64,000 nt of DNA from assembly GCF_009914755.1 (NCBI RefSeq), contig NC_060928.1; one strand, given 5' to 3'. This document shows, piece by piece, positions 53,313 to 64,000 of the stretch; position 1 is the stretch's first letter, and each line of letters starts with the position of its first letter. Under the pieces are notes generated by a model, which worked only from the letters and a program-made list of their open reading frames with translations, was not told the origin of the DNA and made no database searches. This stretch comes from the human T2T-CHM13v2.0 reference genome, Homo sapiens. Made by a program: the position numbers and the translations under genes.

Positions 53313-56300
53313 TTAATTATATTCTTGAGTCATTACTCTGTCCACTCTAAATTGATGTGCAGATATATTGCCTGAGGTTCTAACAGTGATAGGAATTTTT
53401 TTATCATTTTCTTTCAGGGCTAGCTCTTCATGGGTGTATATTACAGGGACAGTCTATTTTCTACTTTCACCAACATACTTAGCCAACTTATTATTGTACC
53501 AGTCTTTATATTTTTTCCTCTTCCATTAACTAGTCATAGGGAATCTACCTACTTAAAGTAAACTCATTGTGAGTTGAGGAATATTAGGGTTAGGAGACAA
53601 AGGAGTTTGGATCACCTGTTCATAGAGTTTATCTCTCTACTCAATTCTACTCTCTTTGCTATTTTTTATTACAGATGCTTTTCTACTAGTTCTGCCTGAT
53701 CTTATGACTCAGTGTCTGAGTACACCTCGCTGATAATAGATGGTTCTGGTTATATAGACATTTGATATCTCATGGTTAGACACCCAAACATTATCAGGTT
53801 GCAACAGCATTCAAAGCACGCATTTTCAAAAGATGCAGTTTTCTGCTGCAGAATATTTGGGGCTTAATCCAAGCATAACCTGAATAAACAGAGACTAAGA
53901 GTTATCACAAAACTTGTTCATATGTTTCAGCAGGTATGAGGATGAGGCAGTGGGGAAGCATTGCCTATTGCATTTCAAAGCATGTGTTTATAACTCCCAC
54001 AACCTAATCATGTAAAAATAGGGCAATACTGCAACCAGCAAAAGACAAGGACCACAATTATGGGTTATGTACTAAGCTTAAAACTAAATATTCTATAGTA
54101 ATGCAGAATCAATTTTAAAAATATCCAACAATGGAAATATGTAGTCATGTCATAAAGTGATAGATATTGCAAATTAAAAATCATATTAAACACTTAAAAT
54201 AATATAAATACTTAAAAAAGCGATCATACAACAATATTCATAAACACTTTGGGCATAACCTTTAAAGTAATAAAAGGTACAGGAAGGATTATAACCTCCA
54301 TTATGCATCCTAAAATAATATTTAAAGAGAATGATTATATCTTCAGCAATAATAAAACAAATAAGATTAAAGGTACAATTCTGATGAGTCCTCTATGTTT
54401 GCTGGTAGCTCTGAAGCAATAAGTTCAGGTATTGGGTCCTAGATAATGATGTATTAAAATCCTCTGCAGATGCCAAATATTAAGTACTCAAAATTTATGT
54501 TTTCTCAACTAGCTATATGTAATGTTCAAAGGTGTCAGCCAAACATTTGTCTAGACTGGGATGTCTTACAAATAGTTAGAGACAAGAGACACAAAATTAA
54601 TTTTACAAATTATTTCTTGGATCTAAGAGAAAGGAATCAGGGCTAAAACCTAAATCCTTAGTGACAGGGTTGAGAGATGATCTAGTGAACAAAGAAAGGT
54701 CTTCCATTGTTTATGAAACCATGAGACATAATATAATGACAAAATAATGATTGCAATGCAAATTTTACTGACTTGTTTACTATTTTTGAAATAGTTAAGC
54801 CCTTTCATTGTGTCCACAAAAATTTTAGAATTCTGAATTTTTCCCTGAACAAAATCTATTGAAAACATCTATTCTAGCAAATTGAGTCCATCAAATTTCA
54901 AATGGTGAATACCTGATGACTAGAGGCCATAAAGCTTATTTTTCAATCAGAGACCTTTGAGGTAGACAGATAAGTCGATCATTCACTGTTACTCACACAT
55001 CCTAAGCAATGCTCAAGCTTCCTGGAGTTTCCAGATGAAATCACAAATTACACAGCAAAGAATACAACCTATAAAAATTCTCACTGAATGCTTTTAAGTG
55101 ATTTCCTTTATATTATTTTTAAAAAGTATAAAAATAAAAATTCTACAACAGAGCTGATGTTTAGTTAATTCATATGTAACATTGCGTTCCTGGGATTATC
55201 TATCAAGTTACATTTTTTGTTTCAGTTGTAGAATTAAAATAAAAATAAGAAATCATATTTCCTTTAGTATTATAGGGTATATATTGATAATTTATACAGA
55301 TTTCATCTTTTAAAAATTGTGTATATAAAGTAACACTATTCTAGTTTTTATTTTTTTTAACTTAAGAGACTAAAGAGCTTAGATAAAGCACTGTGCTTTG
55401 TTAAATTTCTGGGTAGAGATTTTTACCAGCCAAGAAAATAAGCCTAAAAGTGTAGGATAAAAAATAATAAGATGGATTTAATAAGAATGTTGCCTTAAGT
55501 CAAATGAAAAAAAAAAGAAATAATTTTCCTGAATTTCCTTTTAATGTCTACTGATTTGAAAATTTCCATTTATTAATTCATATATTAACAGTAGGTATAT
55601 TTTTTTAAATGAGTGTACTTTGCTTTCCTCCTAATATAAGACTCTCAGGTAGGGAATGGGAACAAGTAACTTTAGCCAAAAGTGTCATTGGTATTCGCTG
55701 GTGAGACTCATGGACACTTTTCGGGCTCTGTACAAAGTTCCTATATCTTTGAGTATAATTTTCAAGGCTGATATAAGAAAATGCATTTCTTACGTGTCTA
55801 ATTCAAATAATTACTTTGACTGTAAATCATTAAATAATACATGAGGTGTGTAGATAAGTCTTATAAATATTTGAAGTTCTCATTTAATTTTCTTCCAAAT
55901 AAAATATATTTAATATTTATTTAATATTTTATATAGTTTAAGAAATGTTAATTTTAAGTAGTAAAATGATATTGGATAGTATGCAATTTTTGTAGATATT
56001 GTGCCTAAAATGCATAGAGGTAATCAGATAAATTGTAAAAAAGACTTTGAAAATCTGTGAACATCAGTGAATTAGAGCTGCTATTGATTTACAAATGGTA
56101 GTTGGCATCATACTTGCTGTTGTTGAATTGTTATTTGTGTTCCAAGCCGCAAGCCACTTATCATCTCATCATGTAAGATGTGTAATCAACAGATTAAATG
56201 AATAAGCCCATCTGGCATAATGGCACAATATCTTAAAATGTATGTGAAAGTTTAGTATATATAGACCATAAATGTTTTTGTAGAAATGGCCAAGCTATGC

Positions 56301-57364
56301 TTTTATTTTTGACACTGATGTCTCTTTAAAGAAAGATGTAATGTCTCATTCTTTGGGAATTGGGAATTTTCCACTTTACTTAAGCTATCTGCCTGCTTTA
56401 ATTACGCAGACTGACAGTCTACATATTTTTAGCCTTGATGTGATACTTTGAACATTTTCTGACATGGCCCACAAACAGGGCATCATTACTCTCCTTATTG
56501 TTGGCTAATCTCACAACGGTGAAAATTCTGGGTAAACATTTTAGACTAACAATCTGGGTTTCCAGATAGGTTTAAAAATACCCAGGGATAATGATTAGAA
56601 CCAAAAAATTGTTTTATAAAACATATTCTTAAAGGCAGATTTAGGTGTACTTTATCCAGCTGGCTGGAGTTCAGGGCTATTTGGATTAATATGCATGATA
56701 CATATTCTGCAGATTAACCTAAACCGCCTGGGAAATGGATGGCCAATGAACCACTTTATCTGTACTCTGCAGGTACCTTGAGTAGTTTGCCACCTGCAAC
56801 ATAATTATCATTCTATTTTGATGTAGGCAGTGCTACACTACAGTAGCTAAAATCATTTTCATTTCTTCCCAGAATTTCCCACAGAGAAATACAAGGTAGT
56901 GCAGCCTATTTTAAAACAATTTTGCTTCCCTGTATTTAAGCAGTAAAATGTAACTGTAATTCAGAAACAGCTAATGTACTCTTCAACAGAAAATAGAACA
57001 ATCATTGTCCATGATGAGGAAAAGGAACAAAATTAAACGTACATATCATAAGGGCTCCTTGATACTTTGTTAATAAAATTGCTTTGATGACTTGCCAAAT
57101 TAAAATCACTTATACCAAGATGTTTGACTTCTTAAGACATGTTTTGATGTTTGTTTGGTTTTGTTGTTTTCTATACACTGAAATCAAATGTTGGGCTGAG
57201 GCTATTGGGAGATATATGGAAAAGTACATCTCAGTTTAATGACTTAGATGTTTTGGGAAAATGCATATACACATGAATTTATATAAATATATGTATATAA
57301 GCATATGCAAGTATTTTATATATATTCAAATTTGGCTTAAGTGTTTTGGATAATTCCATTATGT

Positions 57365-57668
57365 TTATTTACTTATTTATTTATTTTTATTTTGAGACAG
57401 AGTCTCTCTCTGTCACCCAGGCTAGAGTGCAATGGCTGATCTCTGCAACCTCTGGCTCCCGGGTTCAAGTGATTCTCCTGCCTCAGCTTCCTGAGTAGCT
57501 GGAATTACAGATGTGTGCTACCATGCCTGGCTAATTTTTGTATTTTTAGTAGAAACAGGGTTTTACCATGTTGGTCAGGCTGATCTCAAACTCCTGACCT
57601 CAGGTGATCCGCCTGCCTCGGTCTCTCAAAGTGCTGGGATTACAGGCATGAGCCACCGCTCCCAGCCC
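57365..57668 (-). mobile_element. AluS (Sx-like)
   Basis: (TTTA)n tail through gagccaccgctcccagcc; ctgacctcaggtgatcc. Confidence 0.92.
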
Positions 57669-57694
57669 CATTATGTTTTTAAAAGTATACTTAT

Positions 57695-58257
57695 ATGTCA
57701 TCAGCATGAACCCCTGACAATTTGGTTGACACCAAAATCCCTAGAATTTATGAAAATGTTACATTATAAGGCAAAAATGTTTTACAGTTTTATTTAAGGT
57801 TATGGATTTTCAAAGAGGGAGACGGTCCTGGATAATCTCACCGGGTCCAATGTAATCACACAAACCCTTAAATGTAGATAAGATCAAAGAGATGAGGGAG
57901 CAGAATAAGTTAATGATATTCAAAGCATGAGAGGGGCCATGTGGAAATCACAAGAAAGGATATAGACAGCATTTAGGAGAAAAGACAAACTTCTGGCTCA
58001 CAGCCAGTGAAGAAATGGAAACTTCATTGCTCTGAGCAAGGGAATGGATTTAGCCAACAACATGAATGATTTTGGAAGCAGATTATTCCCTAGAGCCTCC
58101 ATTAAGGAACGCAGCCCTGCCAAAATCTTGATTTCAGCTTTATGAAGCCTATGCCAAACCTAACTTCTGATGTACAAAGTCTGTGAGATAATACATTGGT
58201 GTTTTATGTCATTAAATTTGTGGTAACTTGTTATTCAGCAACAGAAAACTAATAAAC
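57695..58257 (+). mobile_element. MLT1E/D-like solo LTR
   Basis: cctggataatct...gggtccaatgtaatcaca...ggaagcagattattccctagagcctcc...cagcaacagaaaactaata. Confidence 0.8.
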
Positions 58258-58543
58258 CATGTATGAGACAGCTGAACTGTCTACACCTGACAGTTGAACT
58301 GAGCTATAATTTAGTTACTCTGCTTTATTTAGCAAATTTTCACATTAATAACCCCTCACAGTGGTAATCTAGTTTATGTGATAATACTTACTGCAGGAAT
58401 ATGGCCCAAATGAAAGATTGTTTATATTCACTACTGTTTCTCCGTCTCTGTGAATTCCTCACTCGTCCTATACTAGACCATTATAGGATGCTGTAGTGCC
58501 ACGTCCCCTTGCTTAATCATTTTGTTCAAGTTCTAGAAAATCT

Positions 58544-58700
58544 ATAGGCATACCTCATTTTATTGGGTTTCACTTTATTGTGCTTCATAGATAATGTTTT
58601 GACAAACTGAACATTGTGGCAACCCTGCATTAAACACACCTTTTGGTGCCATTTTCCAACAAGTCCTTTTTTTTTGTTTCTCTGTCAACATTTTTTAGCA
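58544..58700. mobile_element. Tigger2 terminal fragment
   Basis: taggcatacctcattttattg...tgtggcaaccctgcat...ggtgccattttccaaca. Confidence 0.75.
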
Positions 58701-58717
58701 TGATGTTAGATAAATCT

Positions 58718-59212
58718 CATGATGGTTAATTTTATATGTCAACTTAGTTGGGTTTAGGGATGCCCAGATAGCTGGTAAATCTTTATATTTGCATGTGTCT
58801 GTGAGGGTGCTTCCATAAGGGATTAGTATTTCAATCAGTAGACTTAGTAATGATTCACTCTTACCAGTGTGGGCCAGCACCATTCAATTTTTGAGGACCC
58901 AGATAGAATAAATTGACAGAAGAAGGATGAATTCTTTCTTTCTCCTTGAGTTGGGTCATCCATCTTCTCCTGCCCTCAGGCATTAGAGCTCCTGGTTCTG
59001 TGGCTTTTGGACTTTAACTCATACCAGTGGTCCCCAGCTCCTGGTTCTCAGCCATTCTGCTTTAGACTGGAAATATGCCATTGTCTCCCTTGTTCTCAGG
59101 CCTTCAGTCTCAGACTAAATTATACTACTGTACTACTGATATTCTTGGTTCTCCAGCTTGCAGGTGGCAATGGTACTTTTTGGCCTCCATAATAGTCTGA
59201 GCCAATTCCCCA
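58718..59212 (+). mobile_element. MLT2B/C-type LTR, probable 5' LTR of the downstream ERV-L; 3' end missing
   Basis: tgatggttaattttatatgtcaactt...ggatgcccagatagctggtaaa...tgagccaattccc, then (TA)n. Confidence 0.85.
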
Positions 59213-59308
59213 AATATATATATTATATACACATATATATAATATATATATTTATACATGTATAAATATATATACATATATATAAATATATATATATTTA
59301 TACATATA
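59213..59308. repeat. (TA)n-rich tract
   Basis: directly visible; lies where MLT2 LTRs usually carry a simple repeat. Confidence 0.9.
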
Positions 59309-59532
59309 TGCTACTGCTAGATCTGGTTATTTAAAAGAGTCTGGTACCTCTCTCCTCTTTCTTCCTTCCCTTCTTCCCTTCCACCAAGAGTGGAAGCTTC
59401 CTGAAACCCTCACCAGAAGCAGAAGCAGACACTGGTGCCATACTTCCTGTACAGCATGCAGAAACATGAGTCAAATAAAACTTTCTTCTTTATAAATTAC
59501 CCAGCCTCAGGTATTCCTTTATAGCAATACAA
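59309..59532 (+). mobile_element. partial MSTB LTR
   Basis: agatctggttatttaaaagagtctgg...ccctcaccagaagcagaagc...cctcaggtattcctttatagcaatacaa. Confidence 0.8.
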
Positions 59533-62500
59533 CTGTCTAATCTGATTAGGTTGTAAGATGTTAATTGCTATATTCCAGTAATAAAGAGAGGAATAATAGT
59601 TTTTGGTGTGAACTGTTTACAGAGATAGGCAAAATACATGCCTTGAATACTCCTAGTCAACTACTTATGAAAAACAAGGAGCTAATTAACTCTGTATACG
59701 ATACTTTCAAATATTTTTGAGGAACTAAGGAATACAATGACATTGGTTGGTTGTCCCTAACTTTGGGAGACAAAAGGGGTGAAAGAAAAATATAAGTCCA
59801 GGGATTCAAATTCTTAGCTCAAGCACTCCATAAGGAGTCTAAGAGCTTGTAGGTCTGCCCTGAAGGAAAGCCATCTCTCCTGTAGCAACGAGGCTGAAAT
59901 TGTTGAAAATCAACAGAAGACATTTTTCTGGAATTTCCTGAATTACAAAGCAAATTGAACTACCAGCCTCAAATAAGTCTATTATTTAAAAGAGTGTGAT
60001 GATTGGGAAAGAATGGGATCCTGTGAGTTGTAGTGGGGAGATGTCAGGGAACTCTAATGAAGCTGAGGATATTAAATACCTAAATTGTGAAAAGTCTTCT
60101 TTGACAGTGGAAGAGGTCTTCCCACTCCCAGCAAAAGTGGTCTCTCCATCTCCAGTGGAAGTAGCCTTTCCAACCTCAGTGACAGTGGTCTATCAATTCC
60201 CTGCTTGAGTGAAATCCCCACCTTTGAGGGGATTAGCCCCAATTGACTATGAAAACAGTATTGGCCTTTCTTGAAGCGGTTACAATGCAAGACAATGCTG
60301 ATTGTCCCACCTCCACTATCCCTCTTTGCTTCTAGATATATAAGTATACTTAAGTTCAAGTAAGCCAATCTAGGAGAGGTAAAAGTGTGGGCCATGAGGA
60401 GATGCACTACACTCTGAAATAACTCCTTGAGTTTTCTAATTTATACAAGCAGAAATCTGGAGAATAAGTGTAGGACTGGATATTAAGAATGTGGCATAAT
60501 GGTAGACATAATAAGAAGTTGTATCAGGCTGAATTGATTGATATGGGTACTCAAGCAGAGATATTGCATTTAATAGTGCAGCTTGAGGAGTTAGAAAGGA
60601 ATCTAATAGTTTGGTTGGTTGGCTAAAACATGGATCAAAGATGGCCCACTATGAGCAATTTGCAGATGCCTGATCACATTTACTTTAGTGTAAAGGAAGA
60701 AATTCAAAGGCTTCTGATGATTCGAATGTTAGAGGGTCCAGAAGACATAACTTTCATGAACACGGTGATAAATAAATTTGTAAGAGGAGCTCCTGCATCC
60801 TGGAAGTTCTCAGTGATGACTTTTCCCTATAGGCCAGACATTATAGTAAAAATTGCAGGCACTGAATTTGAAAACCTAAATGCAATGAGAGCAATTTGAT
60901 AACAGGATGAGTAAAGTGGCAGCATTGAGCCACCAAAGACAAGATGTGAGTAGTTATGTAAAGGACAGTAGAATCAAAGCAGCCATCAGACTTATGGCTC
61001 AAACAGATTTATGACATTGGTTATTAAATCATGGTGTTCGTAGAAATGAAATAGATACAAAGCCTATTAAATTCTTAATTGATTCATATAAGCAAAAGAG
61101 TTCCAGGTAATCTGAACAAAAATCTAACTCAAATTATAAAACCAGAGAGTCATGGCCACTCAGTCAGTGACCAGATTTAAGCCAATCTGTAGATACAGAA
61201 TGTCTTTTTCTTTTTCTTTTTTTTTCTAACTGCCTATTTGATCAGGTATGTATTCAAAATAAGCTGCAAAAATGATTTGACTTTTATGGAGTAAACAAAT
61301 TTAAGAGTTTATGCAGCAGATTTCTTTTGTTTTGTTGTAGGTTTTGTTTCTGCTGGCTTCTTTGCAAGTGCTGGTTTATTGGTAGCTGCTTCCTTTTTCC
61401 CCACCAGAGGTTTCTTATTCTTAACACAAACAGCCTTCTTTGTTTTCTTCCCTAGCACAAACTTCTTGCCTGCAACGCCCTTCTCATCTGATTTGGCCTC
61501 TAGCACTGCCTCTGCTGCTGCGGCGGCCACCTTATCCACGCAAAGTTCATGATTCCTGGTCGGGTAAAGAATGGTGTTCCGGTGCTTGGTCTTTACATAT
61601 GGGTTTAGCTCCAACATGATTCTCAGATTTTTTTCAGTAGGTTCTTCTTCAAGACTCTATGATGAATCATCCTGCGTGGTATTCCAAGGGCTTTTTGGAT
61701 CTCTGGGCTTTTCTAGATTCTGCTAAGGTCTGTGTTGATCATCTTGTGCATGGGAAGATTGTGTTACTCTTCAAAGAGCAGCTTTAACACCAAGTGCCAT
61801 ACAATTCATTTGCCTTCTGGAAAGCATTCCAGAAGACAAATTCTCAGCTCTGTAGGTCCAAATACAGAACTGCTTCCCATGCCAGAATGTCTTGAATAAA
61901 ATAAAAGGGAGTCTGGGGTCACCTTGGGGAATAATTTTGGTACACTATGAAATATTTATACTTATAATCTTCTTCCCAGGCTTTCCCAAAGGAACTTACA
62001 TCCTTTTACCAGGGTAACTGTGCATTTGAAGGAAAGGAAATAATGTGATTTTTCAAGACTACTGGACACAAGCTCTGAACTGACATCGATTCCAAGAGAC
62101 TCAAAACATCACTTAGCCCTCCAGTCAGAGTATAGGATAATGAAGGTCAAGTGATTAATGGAATTTTGTTTCAGACCCAGTTCATTCACAGTGGGTCCAG
62201 TGAGTCCACAAATCCATCCTGTGGTTATTTCCTCAGTTCCAAAATGCATAATTGGAATAGACATACCTAGCAGCTGGCAGAATTTCTACATAGCTTTCCT
62301 GACTTACAGAACGTGGGGTATTACATTGGGGAAGTCCAAATGAAAGCCATTAGAATGCTTCTACCTAGAAAAATAGTACATCAAAAGCAATATTGCATTT
62401 TTGGAAGGATTACAAAGGTTAGTGCCACTATTTAGGACTGGAAAGATGCAGGGTACTGATTCCTCACATCCCCATTCAACTCTCCTATATGGCTTATGCA

Positions 62501-64000
62501 GAAGACTGATGGATATTGGAGAATTACAGTGGGTTTTTGAAAGCTTCACCAAGTGGTAACTCCAACTGCAGCTGCTGTACAAGAGGTAAATTTACCGTTT
62601 GAGAAAATCAACACATCTTTAGGTACCTGCTATGTGCAAGCTGTTGACCTGAAAATTTTTTTATCTCTATCTCTGTTAATAAGTCCACCAGAAGCAGTTT
62701 GCATTAGGCTGGCAAGGCCCCAATACACCTTCACTGTCTTGTCTCAGGGTTATATCAGCTCTTTAGTTCTGAGTCATAATTTAGTTCACAGAGATCTTGA
62801 ACACTTTATCTTTCCACAAGATATTTCCCTGGTCCATTACACTGATTAACATCATGCTGATTAGACGTAGTGAGTGAGAAGTAGCAACTACTCTGAACTT
62901 ACTGGTAAAACATTTGCATCAGAGAAAAAGAAATAAATCTGACTGAAATTATAGACCTTTTCAACTCAGTAAGATTTCTAGGAGTCCAGTGTTGTTGAGA
63001 TATCCTTTATAAGTTTTTGGATTGCATCTGCTCCCTCCTACAACCAAGAAAAACACACAATGCCTAGTGGCCTAATTAGATTTTTGAGACAACATATCCT
63101 TATTTGGTGTGTTATTCCAGCCCATTAATGGAGTGGCCTGAAAAGTTACTAATTTTGAGTGGGTCCCAGTACAAGAGGAGGATCTGCAACAAGTCCAGGC
63201 TACTGTGCAAGTTGTTCTGCCACTTCTGCCATATGATCACACAGATCCAATGGTGCTAATGTGTCAATTCCAGATGGAAATGCAGTTTGAGGCCTTCCTC
63301 AGGTCCCTATAGGTGAATCATAGCGTAATTCTTTAGGATTTTGGAGCAAGGCACTACTATGATTCCCAGATATCTACTCTCCTTCTGAGAAACAGCCCTC
63401 AGTCTGCTATTGGACATTAATATAAACTGAACACAAAACCATGGGTCACCATGTTACCATGTGACCTGAGCTGCCTATCATGGACTGGCTGTTTTCTGAC
63501 TCACCAAGCCATAAAGCTGGACATACACAGCAATACTCCATCATCAAATGGAAGTGATATAAACACGATCAGGCCCTAGAAGGCCCTAAAGACATAAGTA
63601 CACTCTATGAAGAGTGGCCAAATGCCCATGGTTCCCAATCTTGACACATTATTTTCTATCTCATCTTCACTTATAGCCTCATGGGGCATTCCCTCTGGAC
63701 GGTTGAGAGAGGAAGAGAAGACTTGGGTACGGTTTACAAATTGTTCTGCATGACATGCAGGTACCAACAAAAAGTGAATAGCTATAGCATTACAGCCTCT
63801 CTCTAGAACATCCTTGAAAGACCGTGGTAAAGGGAAATCTTTCCAGTGGGCAGTATTTCAGGTAATGCACCCGGTTGTGCACTTTGTCTGGAAGAAGAAA
63901 TGGCCAGATGTGCCATTATATACATATCCCTGGGGTGTAAAAACCAGGGAAGGCTACTTTCTGGGGTCCCTCTGCTGAGATACAAGTGGAGAATTCATAG
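59533..64000 (+). mobile_element. ERV-L internal region (degenerate gag, protease, RT, RNase H), runs off the window
   Basis: gag-like IGKEWDP and NKFVRGAPAS; protease ctactggacacaagctctgaactgac (LLDTSSELT); RT QYTFTVLSQGYISS...LVHRDL...LVHYTD; many stops and frameshifts. Confidence 0.9.
61203..61882 (-). pseudogene. RPL4: 5'-truncated processed pseudogene of ribosomal protein L4
   Basis: ORF 61309-61617 (LNPYVKT..RNTIL...AAAAA..AKSDEK...KKPLVGKK...KKSAA) matches the RPL4 C-terminus; upstream LPMHKMINTDLSRI motif; 3' UTR; poly-A; TSD cagaatgtctt (61196-61206 / 61883-61893). Confidence 0.95.

Noticed and set aside
53530-53900. Possible old LTR or ERV-L fragment
   Set aside because: Similarity too weak to assign without a search

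Overview
AT-rich primate genomic DNA (AluY, THE1, MLT2A and L1PA elements point to a simian, probably human or ape). It looks like a gene desert or deep intron. I see no intact protein-coding exon, RNA gene or CpG island, and the ORF track is almost entirely repeat-derived or chance ORFs. The window is a layered record of transposons: (1) an old L1 interrupted by a two-LTR MSTA element, which contains a two-LTR THE1D element; (2) a near full-length minus-strand L1PA15/16-like element with an AluJ inside; (3) a MER57-type class I ERV (5' LTR, perfect tRNA-Leu PBS, integrase and env remnants) fused at its 3' end to a THE1B remnant; (4) an MLT2/ERV-L provirus running off the right edge, carrying a 5'-truncated RPL4 processed pseudogene; (5) Alus, a FAM, MIR/L2, solo LTRs and Tigger/hAT fossils. 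I found no convincing new biological system. The most notable signals are structural: nested and fused proviruses, an Alu left monomer with a full TSD, and several template-switch or fold-back scars. Subfamily names come from recalled consensus sequences rather than a database search, and the edges of old repeats are approximate.
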